From: Oopsacas minuta
Taxonomy: Eukaryota; Animalia; Porifera
Length of the DNA stretch: 46,684 nucleotides
Assembly (NCBI GenBank): GCA_024704765.1
Contig: JAKMXF010000354.1
Coordinates: 1-46,684 of the forward strand
Direction of reading: 5' to 3'
Each line of letters begins with the position of its first letter. Within the stretch, counting starts at the first letter, position 1. Positions 1 to 12,300 of the stretch are shown here, in pieces. The notes beneath the pieces were generated by a model. The model was not told the DNA's origin. It searched no databases and saw only the letters and a list, made by a program, of their open reading frames with translations. The position numbers and the translations under genes are program-made.

Positions 1-449
1 TACTCAATAGAGTCCATACTGCTGTGTAGAGGAATTGTATTTTATTTTTCACTGTTTTTGAGCTACTGACAAAGCTTTTATGCTTCTGTAAACCACTACA
101 ATATACTTACTCACCACTACACAAATATAACCATCGCAGGCTCTATATTATTCATTAAATAGAAACATCACCGATTGTGTCGTATCACGATTATAATGAA
201 TAGCATTATATGATTTCATACCACAATAGGGGGTCATTTTCGTTAAATTTGACGAAAATGGTCCCCCCGGATCAATACTGTAGGGGGGGATCATTTTCGT
301 CAAAACACTATTTCTATCCTGTACATATATATCGGTCACTTTTGACAAGTCCCTTTGGTGTTAATTATGGGCCGGTTGGAATTAAAGTATTTCTATTTTT
401 TGATATTTCTGATTAACAAAATATTGTGTCGGAAATCTTTCCTCGTAAA

Positions 450-1493
450 ATGATGATTAATGATCCTATTAGAAGGATAGTACTATATGAAACCAATCTG
501 ATGAAGTGCTTATTGGAGAATTTGAAGAATATAAATCATACTCAATCTAGTTGTTCCATTGAAGTGTTCAAAAAAGATGCTCTCTCGCCAGTAGAGAGTC
601 CTCCTCTCCAATCAATCCTAACTTCACAGAGTGCAGAAATGCTTACTAAACGTATCTCTCACCTCAACAAGCCTGTGTTCGAATTGTGTTCAGGTCCCGG
701 TGCTGTCACTACTGCTCTTCTTAAAGCTGGAGCTGAGAAAATAATATCATTAGATTATAACCCAGAATGTATTGAATCCACTAAACGTATTCAAAAACAA
801 TTTCCTCAACATTTACACGTTATACGGGCTCATAGACGTAAATCTGGTGATGGTAAGACAGTATTGAATGGATTGTACTCAAACATTATAGAAAATGTTC
901 AACCTGAAATACTCAACGGTATGAGAAGAGAATGGCAGGAAGAAAGCGCAGGTGTTCTTTTAGGGGCTTGTCAAGATGACTACAGTGCTCAACAGCTGCT
1001 GAGTCAGTATTTATCCTCTCTACTGATGAGATCTTCATTCTTCCAGTTAGGCAAAATAGAGTACTTTATTCTACACAATCAATTTCATCTCCGTAAAGTG
1101 CTAGCCAAGCCTTGCACGGTTAAGTACGGTAGGTTTGCTGTCTTAACAAACATATTATGTGATGTCACCGTGATCCCTGTTAAGATTCCCTCCTGGCACT
1201 TATATCCTCCCGCCAAGAAGAAGGTGCGTCAGACAGGTGAGTTCTTGAATATTCTCCACTTAGTTCCCAAGCAAATACAACCTCTAAATGCAAGCAATAC
1301 CTTGATTGATACTTTTCTACGAAGTTGTTTCAGGAAGAGGAGTGTAACAATCAAACAAACAATGAATGAGCTTCATCCTAACTCATCATCCAATTTACCA
1401 ACGCACTTACAAATGTTAAAACCACCATACATCACTCATAAGCAGTACATAGAGATTATTAACTCATTACATAGACATGTCACTTCAAGATGA
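450..1493 (+). CDS. TFB2M: Mitochondrial transcription factor B / KsgA-Dim1 rRNA adenine dimethylase family, TFB2M-like; intronless (first ATG at 450)
   Basis: Motif-I region VFELCSGPGAVTTALLKAGA resembles TFB2M (ECNPGPG..T.ALLEAGA) more than TFB1M. C-terminal FLRSCFRKRSVTI resembles the TFB2M CFGRR segment. Recognised by eye. The ORF-track GTG start at 426 was replaced by the first ATG. Confidence 0.7.
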   Translation: MMINDPIRRIVLYETNLMKCLLENLKNINHTQSSCSIEVFKKDALSPVESPPLQSILTSQSAEMLTKRISHLNKPVFELCSGPGAVTTALLKAGAEKIISLDYNPECIESTKRIQKQFPQHLHVIRAHRRKSGDGKTVLNGLYSNIIENVQPEILNGMRREWQEESAGVLLGACQDDYSAQQLLSQYLSSLLMRSSFFQLGKIEYFILHNQFHLRKVLAKPCTVKYGRFAVLTNILCDVTVIPVKIPSWHLYPPAKKKVRQTGEFLNILHLVPKQIQPLNASNTLIDTFLRSCFRKRSVTIKQTMNELHPNSSSNLPTHLQMLKPPYITHKQYIEIINSLHRHVTSR

Positions 1494-1563
1494 TGCTATT
1501 AGGATAATTTTGTGACAAATATCGCTTATTGTATGTTTTATTAGCTGGCGACAGGTTTTATTG

Positions 1564-1569
1564 AATAAA
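1564..1569 (+). promoter_or_regulatory. Candidate polyadenylation signal AATAAA for the TFB2M-like gene
   Basis: AATAAA about 70 nt after the stop, in a 203-nt intergenic gap. Common by chance in AT-rich DNA. Confidence 0.35.
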
Positions 1570-1696
1570 ATTAAATTATCGCGAACGGTACAGTACGTAC
1601 ATACTGTACGCTAGAATAAACTCTGTTTATATTAATTCCACGATTTATTTTATCCTCTTAATAATGGTATTCACACATTGTATAAGCAGATAGTAG

Positions 1697-2998
1697 ATGG
1701 CTACTTGTGAGGGTCTAGTCAATATATTGGGAGGAGAGCTGATTGACAACCAATTCGAATCTGTACAGTTGAGTAAGCTGCTGGACCAGGGATACACATC
1801 TGTTGGTCTTCTATTCGCAGGAAAATGGTGTTCCTCTTCTCAGCTATTCGTACCCACTTTTATAAAATGGTATAAGGATTTGATGGACAAATTTAAAGAT
1901 ATTCTCGTAATCTATGTCAGCTGCGATATGAACGAAAATGACTTCAAGTCATTCTTCAAACTGATGCCCTGGTACGCCCTACCTTACCAACTACGTGACA
2001 AGAAGCAGTATTTATCTCGAAAATACCGCGTGCCTCAGATCCCACGCCTGATCTATCTAGATGCCTGTGGTGAAATGATAAACAAGGACGGAAGAGTAGC
2101 AATGTTAGCAGACCCAACAGGACATCTACTCCCATATAAGAATGTTGGAATGGCACATATTCTATCATACTCTACCATTATTTCTAAATCTGGAGTCTTG
2201 AAAGACACCTCGTATCTGAACAATATTAAAGTTTGCTTGTACTTCGCTGCTCTCTGGTGCTCTCCATGCTCTAAGATTACAGAAGCTCTAATTAAAATAT
2301 ACAACAAGATAAAACATAAGCACCAGGATTTCGAGATTATATTTTGCAGTTGTGACTACAGCTATTCTTCTTTTCTAGAAAACTACAAACCCATGCCTTG
2401 GCTCGCTCTAGACTTCAAGAAGGAACTGACTATACCATTCGCAAAGTTCGGAGGTATCCAGACTATTCCTACTATTGTAATTTTAGATGAAAGAGGTCAT
2501 CTAATCACATGTGATGCTCAGTCTAAAATTATGTATGATCCAGAAGGTAATGATTTCCCCTGGCCTCACGAAGTAGTTTCTGAGTTTACAGATTTTGACT
2601 TGCTGTCTCTGAATGAGAGTTTAGCGTTTATTCTAGTGTGTGAGGACGATTCAACATTTCCTCAGTCAGATATCCATTCTATGTTAGATCCCATTGCCCG
2701 TCAGAAGCAGGAGCAGTACAAATTTGGAACTATTGGTCGGGAACACAAAATACTGTTCTTCTTTGTTTATAAAGATACATTCGCAGAGATGGGGAAGCTG
2801 GTGGCGCTTCCTACACAGTTCCCAACACTTTTCATGATAGATGTTCCTTTCAATGCTACCTACAAGAAGGTGCTTGAATCTCAAACTCTCTCCTCTGAAG
2901 TTATATCGAATTTCATACGTGAATTTGAAGATGGAGACCTGGTACCCACTCCTATACCTGATGTAGTTACAGCATCCAATAGTGACAACACTACATAG
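1697..2998 (+). CDS. NXN: Nucleoredoxin (tandem thioredoxin-like domains plus PDI b'-like C-terminal domain), intronless
   Basis: Two tryparedoxin-type repeats (LLFAGKWCSSS..., LYFAALWCSPC...), repeated I(I/V)(Y/F)(V/C)SCD and MPW(Y/L)AL motifs, and IP.L...D..G..I segments. 433 aa. Confidence 0.9.
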   Translation: MATCEGLVNILGGELIDNQFESVQLSKLLDQGYTSVGLLFAGKWCSSSQLFVPTFIKWYKDLMDKFKDILVIYVSCDMNENDFKSFFKLMPWYALPYQLRDKKQYLSRKYRVPQIPRLIYLDACGEMINKDGRVAMLADPTGHLLPYKNVGMAHILSYSTIISKSGVLKDTSYLNNIKVCLYFAALWCSPCSKITEALIKIYNKIKHKHQDFEIIFCSCDYSYSSFLENYKPMPWLALDFKKELTIPFAKFGGIQTIPTIVILDERGHLITCDAQSKIMYDPEGNDFPWPHEVVSEFTDFDLLSLNESLAFILVCEDDSTFPQSDIHSMLDPIARQKQEQYKFGTIGREHKILFFFVYKDTFAEMGKLVALPTQFPTLFMIDVPFNATYKKVLESQTLSSEVISNFIREFEDGDLVPTPIPDVVTASNSDNTT

Positions 2999-3472
2999 CA
3001 GCAAGTAGATGTACTTTCTTCTGTATTTATTTAGTGTGTGCAGTTATACATATTCTGGAATAGCTAGGGCTATAGTGCTCTGTATATATTTCTACTGTGT
3101 TATTATGAACTAATTCGTAAACTGTGAATTATGATATATTATTTTATTCTGTATTATTTGAGTTATTTGGAGTATATAGTAGCTTACAAATACATTGAAG
3201 TATATACGTATTTGCAAAATGACCGCTTCATGAGTCATGACACAGCCATTTCCAAAATTTCCTTACTTTAAGTTAAGTTTAGAGTGAGTAGACATAGCTT
3301 ATTTGGTCCCAATTAAGCGATTAACAGAATTTTGTATTACTTCTGTGGACTGGGTATAGAACATGCATTCCTGTCTGAAAATTAAGCGGAATCAACTGTA
3401 GATTAATAAATTAGAGATTATTCATAATCTTATCTACACATTGTAATATTATAATACGTATCCAAAGCTAGA

Positions 3473-6464
3473 ATGCCTAAGAAGAAGAAGAAAGGAGGAA
3501 GCAAGAAGGAGAAAACAAAAGCAGCAACCAATCCCTCTCCTGGGGAGATAGGACTTAGAGAACCGGAAGTTGTTCCTCAAAACACAAAAGAGTTCTATTT
3601 GCTACAAATACAGGATCTGGAAGAGAGATTGGGTCGGTATCGGAGACAGTGTGATATTTTGAAACAACACAATGAAGATCTGCGGGATAATGTACAGAGC
3701 AAAGAACAGGATATGAAAGGCATAATTTCTACCATAAGTGATGAGAATGAGCGATTGACTGCTCAGGTATCTGCGTAATTGAGATTTATTATTTACAAAA
3801 TTACGAGCATTGTCAAATCTATACTGTGAATTTATGTATAGACTATATCATAGCATGCTATGACCATATATTCAAAAGTACATTGGACATGTCCATTAGA
3901 TAAACTGCATGTAGGTGTTCAAGACTAGTGCCATTGTACATAGGAGATCCCCTCCCGAGGTAGTAAAATCGAGTGTGCATGCTTAGTATCTAGAGTAGCG
4001 ATAGAAGGAGTGTTGCATGAAGTTGAATTGGAATTTTCTTAAAATAGAGACAATATTGTTTGTAAGTGGATGTATACTCACTATAAGTGAAGAGAAATTG
4101 GCATTATTTATTGGATTCGTTACGATCGTGACGTAAACTCTGTGAGCATGCACACTCGACCCTGTGGGCATCCGCACTCAACTATTTGATACCTCGGGAG
4201 GGAGGGGATCTTTTATGTCCAATGACACTAGTCTTGAACACGTACATGCAGTTTACCTAATGGATACGTCCATTGTACTTTTTAATACCTTGTATAGACA
4301 CATGTCTATTTGATACAATGCTCAAGTGTTTAGGCCCATAAATGATGTCTATGGAAAATGAATCGTCTTATACTTTGTAATTCTTAAAATGTATACATTT
4401 GTTGCATTTATACAGTTCTGATTTATTCACTGTATCCAATCATCCAATGGACAATTTTATCAATTCATGGTACAGAAATTACTTGATAAATGATCATACT
4501 TGTGATAAATACAAAAATCGGAATTTGGAAAATTCTTTAACCCTACCTTATATAGTGATACTGTAGTTGATATCAAACTTTAAACAGGTAATAGCAGGAA
4601 CTGAACAAGTACAAGATTTGAATCAGAGACTGGAGGAGGAGAAGAGGGAAGCAGAACAACAGCTAATCTCTGCCAACCAGAAGGGTCAGGAAGAGAAAGA
4701 ACTCCTCCTAATAGATCTGAGAAATATACAGCGTCAAAACGAATTGACTGAGGAATTCAGAGAACAGAAGCAAAACATGGATAACAAGCTGCTACAGCTG
4801 GAAGAGACTATTGAGCTCCAAAAGCAGGAATTCGAAGACAGGTGCTTACATGCTAGTTTATTAATTAATTTGATCAATACTTATTATGATACTTTATATA
4901 GTTTGTATGAAGTGGAGAAGAAAAAGGTAATCAGTCAGGAGAGATTGAAAAAGGAAATGATGGAGAGAGTCAAGGAAGCTTCACAAGATTTCAAAAGGGC
5001 CAGTGAGAAGCAGATGTCTGAGACTACCAAGAGAGCTATCCGGGAGAATATTTCCATATCTAATCAGCTGATTAGGATCTCTGCTAAAAATGAAGAACTC
5101 ATCTCACAGAATGACATCCTTAAACAGAAGCTACACAGAATCAATCTCGATAGATCAGGACTGGAAAATAGCTTCCATGAAGTAACACGCAAGAATGTCA
5201 GTCAGCTGCGGAATTTAGAACTGTTAATTACGAAATTGGAGACAACAGATGCTCAGCTGAGACAGTTTCAAGCAGAGAGAGGTCAATTCGAGCAGATACA
5301 GGTGACTTTTGAGGCAGTTGAGCCAAACTTAGACAATGCGACGTTATTGCACGGAAATAGAACATTTTCTATTTCCATACAACACTCAACATAAACCATG
5401 TAACAATACTGCATCGTGATGTAGATAATGTTTCATTTCCATATCATCACAATATGAAGATGAAGCGAAACAACCAGCTGCCTATCTACACTATCCAGGC
5501 CCGGACAGCCGGATATCAGCCAACTAAGCCATGACTTAGGCCCCCACCCATAGGGAGCCCCACCAGTGGCGGACCCCGTAGTGGGATAGGGGCCCCTCAG
5601 GATATTTATACACTATCTGGAATTTTCGTGATATTCAATTGTTAGGTTATTGAAATCAAATTACAAACAATAAATTTGGGAGATCGCTTCGCTCACATTT
5701 TACCCCAAATATCATGTGATTTCACCCAAACTTCAGTTGTACATACTCAGCTACTGGCCTCAACTTTGGATAACTTATGCATCTGGGGCTATTATTGAGC
5801 TGCGTGAACTTGGTTAATGATGACTGGCCCTAAATACAGTTTGAAATTCGAAATTAGTAGCCATCAATTGTTCATATGAACTTGCCACGATATGATGTCA
5901 GTATATTCAAATTGTGATTGAGGCTAATCAATAAATTGTCCTTGTGGCCCCCCCACTTCCCTTAATCCGGGCCTGGCACTATCCCATAAATATGTTTATA
6001 CTGCGAATTAATTTACCCTTTAGATAGACTACACAGATTTGGAAATTATTAATTCAGAACTTGCATCAGATGCTCAGAACCACTTTCAACAAAACGCTAC
6101 TCTAAGAGAGAAATTAGAGAAAGCTTGTGAAGAGAGAGATGCTGCTAGAGCTCAAAACGAGAATCTGCTTAGAATTCTGTCACGTTCAGCTAGTCTTGTG
6201 AACTCTGCACTCCGTCCTAGCTCTGACCCTGCTCATACTTTCTCTCAGAGAGAAGATTTTATGATAAGTCTGTTGGAGATCTTAGAAACAGCCAAGCTAC
6301 ACGCTGGCAAGATTAGACAGTTGTCTGATAATCCTTCAGAGCGTGTAGTCACTCCTGCAATATTCTCTGTACCCCTCCCTGGTGCTGAGAGTAGCAAGTA
6401 CAAGCCTGGGAATCTGGGGTTCGTATCTATTCAGAGTACCTCTCCTATTCTCCCTCCAATCTGA
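3473..6464 (+). CDS. CFAP157: Cilia- and flagella-associated protein 157; exons 3473-3766, 4567-4841, 4902-5301, 6024-6464
   Basis: KEFYLLQIQDLEERLGRY, ...MSETTKRAIREN... and YKPGNLGFV match CFAP157 hallmark segments. All introns are GT-AG and the phases are consistent (0, 2, 0). The exon-2 acceptor could alternatively lie a few codons downstream. Confidence 0.85.
3869..4287. mobile_element. Foldback/MITE-like element in CFAP157 intron 1
   Basis: Diverged inverted arms at about 3869-3962 and 4190-4287 (e.g. aaactgcatgta..gtgttcaagactagtg / cactagtcttgaacac..tacatgcagttt). Inner inverted pair tcgagtgtgcatgct (3969-3983) / agcatgcacactcga (4145-4159). Confidence 0.7.
5496..5975. mobile_element. 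hAT-type MITE in CFAP157 intron 3
   Basis: TIRs CAGGCCCGGA / TCCGGGCCTG, flanked by near-identical 8-mers acactatc / gcactatc (7/8 TSD). Confidence 0.7.
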
Positions 6465-8623
6465 GAGAGAGAGACTTAATTCTGAATCTATTTGTAACCC
6501 ACCCACTTAACAATTCTTCGTTACTTTATTCGAGTTATATAATCTTATTCAAATACAGTCAACATTTGGTAACTAGAACCTTCATGGCAGTCATGGGAAA
6601 TCAAAATCTGTTCGAGATAACGGATGGCCCCCTTATAAAGTCCCAATTTCCCCTGCGACAGTTTTCAAATGATTAAAAGCTGAAATTCTAGTGCTTATTC
6701 AAATTTTTTGTGATCGTTTAAAAACGCAATAACACATTCATATCAAGATTATTCAAAATTACATTCTTAGTTAATATACTATACAGTTAACATCTGGTAA
6801 CTCGAACCCTGATATTAAGACCAGCTACGGACGTACTTTTGGTTAGTGTTACAATAACCTCTCTAACAAATTTCAATTATCTAAAATTCACATTACAATT
6901 TCAACTTCCGGCTTTCGATATGGTTGTATTCTTCAAGTTCCACTGAAATCTTTGTTTGGGGTATAAAGGACACATGTAAGCGTAAATAGTGCCATAGGCA
7001 CTTCGGCATACTCTTCAACTCTACTCCTGGACAGGCCTCTAAACTTCAGAATTGAACAACCTATATACCTGTCAATTTCTGTCAACCAATTCTCTGGACA
7101 CAGACCAAAGTCCTGAACATTTGATTATTTGCCTAGATAATTCCTACAGAGTTCGAACACAAATGCTTTTTCGCTACTCTCCCTCGTAGTATGTAAACTC
7201 ATTTTTTCATTGGATTTGATCTCTCAAGACATTTCTATAGCATTCTGCTCGTTTGCTTGATAATTATTTAATTCTGAATAATCCCAAACAATAATATAAT
7301 GAGAAACAGATGTATTTTCATGTACTTTTCACCCTGTCATAATTGGATAATTACAGTTAATCGCAAAATCATGTATGTGATGGAATAATGCTCAGTAATT
7401 AGAAGTTGTGAAGCTAAACAATACTACAATAGTAGTTTACTTCAATAAATCCTTGACAAATTGAGTGAATACATGTACTCCTGAACCTGGTTGAATTTGT
7501 GTATGAAACTCGTGTTTTATAAAGAATGACAAATCAGTGGAACTTGCATAATCCTGCTCCTGAGGTTGTATAATCCGGAAGACATCTGTAATACGACAGT
7601 GTTAGAACCTTGTTGCCAGAAAATAGATCACATTCCTATTTCCATGCAACCCTTACCATACGCGGTGCAACAAAATCGTGTATGGTAGGCTTAAGATGCT
7701 CTTTTACCCATAGTATAAATGTAATGGCATCATACACAATTCTATTACTATATATGGTGAATTTGTCATTTAACTTTGTTGAATCCATATCCGCAAACAT
7801 GTCATTTAATTGGAGGGGGTTGAAATTCCGAAAACTAAATTTGTGTGACTTATGTGGAGAATTCTCTTATTGGAAATACTCAGGGATGTAAGGTTCTTAC
7901 AAACTTATTATACCTTGTTACATGCTACAGTAGGAGGTTTGTGTATATCAAATTTGCATTATGTACGATGCCTATCTTTGTCATAAAATGAATTATCTTA
8001 TATTTTATGAAATTTATGTGAATACAGGGTATGGAAATAATAAATTTATCAAAATTTATTCAAGAACCATATGGAAATGGGCAAAGGAATTATTCCAAGG
8101 AATTCGACATTACCAGAATTCAATTTTTCGATTAGTAAAATTTTACATTATGATGTCATAATTTGAATTGAGCCATGTTAGTATCATGATTTGCACAGAG
8201 TGGCTATTTTTGGAGCTTATCTGCTGTACAAATTGTTCCGGAGTCATACTATCTGAAACAGCATTCATGGATTCAAATCTTTGTCTAAATTCAAACAGAA
8301 ATTGTTTACAAGTATTCTTCAACTTGCTACTCCCATAAGGTATTTTAAAAATCCAAACACAATTTTCTGCATCTCAATGTCGTAATTACAGTGGAGGTAT
8401 AATTAATTATTATTTATCTTATGAGGTTGCTTAGATCAACAAGCTTATGTTAATCATAATACTGCTATTCTCATTTCTACAATTCTTCCTTTCGCAAGGT
8501 TAGTCTAATGTATAATTTTGCTTTTATTAATTATATTTCTCAGAATAATAAATAATTCTATACTCTTGTAAATAATATTGAATGTCTGCTTACCTTAAAC
8601 TTCATTGTATTACATGAAAGGAT

Positions 8624-8714
8624 ATGGTTATCTATGTTAGCTTGATGATACTATTTTGTTTTCATTATTCTCTTCACCCACTACATTGCATTGTAAAGCT
8701 TTACTTATTGCCAG
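8624..8714 (+). CDS. Candidate signal-peptide first exon of the 6Ig-5FN3 IgCAM (MVIYVSLMILFCFHYSLHPLHC...)
   Basis: ATG plus a hydrophobic stretch upstream of the first Ig exon. The phase-compatible donor (CCAG|GTGGCT) is weak and the stronger GTAAAG donor is out of phase, so this is uncertain. Confidence 0.3.
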
Positions 8715-9334
8715 GTGGCTTATGGTCGAAATTTAGCCGAATTGAGATACGCTAGACAAGAAGTATCAAATTTTTATACCTAATCTACATGACCCCGGCA
8801 TCAAATTTTCCGCGGTCCCACGTCAATCGGATACATTTTCGATTTTAAATTGCGCATGGGCGATACATCGGCGAATTAGCAGATTTCGCAATTTAAAGGT
8901 CTATCACACGTATTTTTCAGTTTATCAGCCTTTACGAATTTCTACTCTTCAAAAACTGGGACTGGTTGGTTTGGTTTTGATTTTCCTTCAAATACATGGT
9001 AAACAGGGCTATTGCATGATTTTGTTTAAACTCCATCATCTAAAATAGGAAAGTAGCATCAAATCCTGATTAGCAATGTATAAGTCGCAAAATACTATTT
9101 TTACTGTATAATGAATATTCATTAAAATTTTAGGGCAATTTTGTTGCTTGCAACAATGAATTTTCCCTCCAAGCAATACACATTTGCATTTTATAATACA
9201 AACACTTTATGGTGAAATTCGCCATATCTATCTGCTAAGCTGTCAGGACTAGACACTAATACGAATGTCTGTATTAAAATATATATTCTCCTCAATCCAT
9301 CCTTACTGATTATTGGCTCTCCGTCTCTCCGTAG

Positions 9335-12300
9335 GTTATCAACTCCTGAATTACCCAACTGACACAATAGTTAAGGATGGCAATAAATTTAATTTAGAAT
9401 GTACTTTTTCTGACCAGCCAATGAAAATACACTGGTTATTCAATGAGACGTTACAACCATCAAACAGTTCAACTTTAGTTATCACAGCTTCTCCTGAAAC
9501 AGCTGGTTACTACCAGTGTATTGGGTACTTCGAGTTAGGCACAGTTGTCAGTGAGCCAGCCCTCATACAGATTGGATGTTAGTTCTATTCTCTTACATAT
9601 CTACCTAGATTTAGATAAATCAATATATTAATTAATTAACCTATTAGATATTCTTACGACAGTAGATGTCCCAGTTGATGTGGTAGGGAGTTTAGGTAAC
9701 TGGCTACTGCTGTCCTGTGAACATGTTCTGAGTCTTCCCTCAGCTGATATCTTGTGGTTAGAGGAGGATTTATTTGAGAGTCCTGTCACTCTTACCGATT
9801 CTATAGAATATCTGCATAATGGTAGTTTGCTATTCTCCAACCTTTCCTTAACAGATACAGGTGTGTACATATGTTTGGCTAGCAATAATTATATTCAAGA
9901 ATTCAGACGTGTGACTTACAACTTAACCGTCTCTACAGGTTAGATTTTACTTTATTATACAAATTATCAGTAAATTATTTGATATTATTTTAGGATTATC
10001 TGGAATATATTCTCAACTTCTTTTTCTGATTCCTGAAATCAACATCGTGTCCACTGGAGAGGATGCTATCTTCCAATGCTTAGTAGATTCTAGGTACTTA
10101 CACATCAAGTAGGAGATATAATATTTACAAGCACTAATTAGAATAAACCATTTGTGTTAGATAATTATTAGCGTAGCTCCTATAGGGGGTATAGGGTATA
10201 GGGTATAGGGTATAGGGAGATGTCCTAATAGCCTAGACTTTGTTTGCGAAATCTAGCAGTCCGATTAACATGAAATTTGGTATAGGTACAAATACAATTA
10301 TACCTTTTGGGTCGGAAATTTGCACCTCGGGTATGAATTTTTCTAAATTGAAAAAATTGATACCCGAGGTGTAAATCTCCCTTTTGGTGATTAATCATAT
10401 TTTCACACCTTTCTATGTAAAATTCAAAAGCATGATAGATTAGGTTCCATCATGTTGTCAGGGATAATCCGGTGCGTATAGTCCGATTTTGATATTTGAG
10501 AGCATGTAAGTAACAAATTCAGAGATTTTTCATATGATTAATAATATTTTCACACCTTTCAAATGATGCTAGAACTTTCGTTTCAGCGGCTAGTTAGGGG
10601 TAATCGAGTATGTAGTTTCCAATTTTAATATTTCAAATCTCAATCTACACATGATTTTTCATGTAATTAAACATTTTTAACATAGTTTGTATTGGGTAGA
10701 AATATTACCCAGATGCTTGAGCTGCAGTCCCAGTCTGTCGGCTGGACATTTATTTGTTTCTCTTACTCTGCTAATCAGTTCACAGCAGATAGATGTTAGT
10801 ATGTATATTATTCCGTATTAACATAAATATATATGTAGTTACCTCTCAGCACTCAGCTGGTACTACAATGACTCTCCCATACCCATCAGTACCAGCTACT
10901 TGATCAGAGATGATGGAGTTACGTTAGTATTAAAAGGTCCATCAACAGAAGCATCAGGAGAATACATGTGTGTAGTGGATGGACTCGGTTCTGTGTCTGC
11001 TAATCTCTCAGTCTTAGGTTAGTCAGCTGTTTAACTAGTTTATACGCCGTATATACATATGTTTGTATAGATCCTCCTATGGTATCAATTTCCGGCAGTG
11101 CAGATATAGAAACAAATCTGGAGAGTAGTTTCTCTCTTATATGTGTACTAGAACAAGGATTCACTAACGTGCAGTGGAGTTGGATAAAGAATGGAGATCC
11201 TGTGAACACTACAATATTCGTTGGAGAGGAATTGACTGTATTTTATGCTCAGGAGACTGATGAGGGTTTGTATCAATGTATTGCATCTAATGAAGTTGGT
11301 AGAGACATGAAGACATTTCAAGTCAGAGTTATCAGTAAGATAATTATATTTCTAAAATATATATATACAGTCAGGGGACAAAAGTATTCGAACACACAAA
11401 TATATTGTCATAAATTGTATACTCTTTCCCGCTCCTATATATTGTGTAGTCTATATTCGTAGCTGCTATCTAGTAATTTGTATAGAATAACATATGTTTT
11501 TCAAGAATTTCAAAAAAATATTTTCGATTTACACTTTTTGAAAGTGTTAATTATAATAATTATTAGATAATTATTGATAATCAAAATATGTGGTAATTCA
11601 AAGCCTATTAAGAAACTATAATTTCTGACTTGATATTTGAATTCTACGTAGGCGAGTTACCCCAGATTGAAATTTCCAATCGGATTGAACAATTTTTACC
11701 AGAGTTATAGATGAAGTTCAATTTGTGCCATTTGTGCCACCTTTTGCCCAAGGTGGCACAAGTGGCCGCTACCAAGAGGTTATTTTGGAATTCAAGGGTT
11801 AGCATAGTCATATTATTCGAAAATATTACTTCGACTTATTCCTCCTAACCCTAGTTGATTTCCTTGTAGTGGCGCTTTTTCCTGCCACCTGTGCCACTTT
11901 TTCAAAAAGTGGCACAAGTGGGACAAATTGAAATTCTTTTATAACTTTGGTAAAAATTGTTCAATCCGATTGGAAATTTCAATCTGGGGTAACTCGCCTA
12001 CGTAGAATTCAAATATCAAGTCAGAAATTATAGTTTCTTAATAGGCTTTGAATTACCACATATTTTGATTATCAATAATTATCTAATAATTATTATAATT
12101 AACACTTTCAAAAAGTGTAAATCGAAAATATTTTTTTGAAATTCTTGAAAAACATATGTTATTCTATACAAATTACTAGATAGCAGCTACGAATATAGAC
12201 TACACAATATATAGGAGCGGGAAAGAGTATACAATTTATGACAATATATTTGTGTGTTCGAATACTTTTGTCCCCTGACTGTATATATACTAACGCGCTT

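Noticed and set aside
148-416. Overlapping short ORFs on both strands
   Set aside because: They arise from three copies (one inverted) of a ggggtcattttcgt(c/t)aaa motif, most likely transposon subterminal repeats. There is no protein signature.
1588-1609. Small hairpin gtacagta-cgtaca-tactgtac between TFB2M and NXN as a terminator
   Set aside because: The stem is only 8 bp and AT-rich, and intrinsic terminators do not apply to Pol II genes. It could be chance.
10712-10793. AG...GTTAGT-bounded segment starting with ATG as an extra or alternative first IgCAM exon
   Set aside because: Its phase is incompatible with the next exon (10839), and the gene already joins in frame without it. No support without RNA data.
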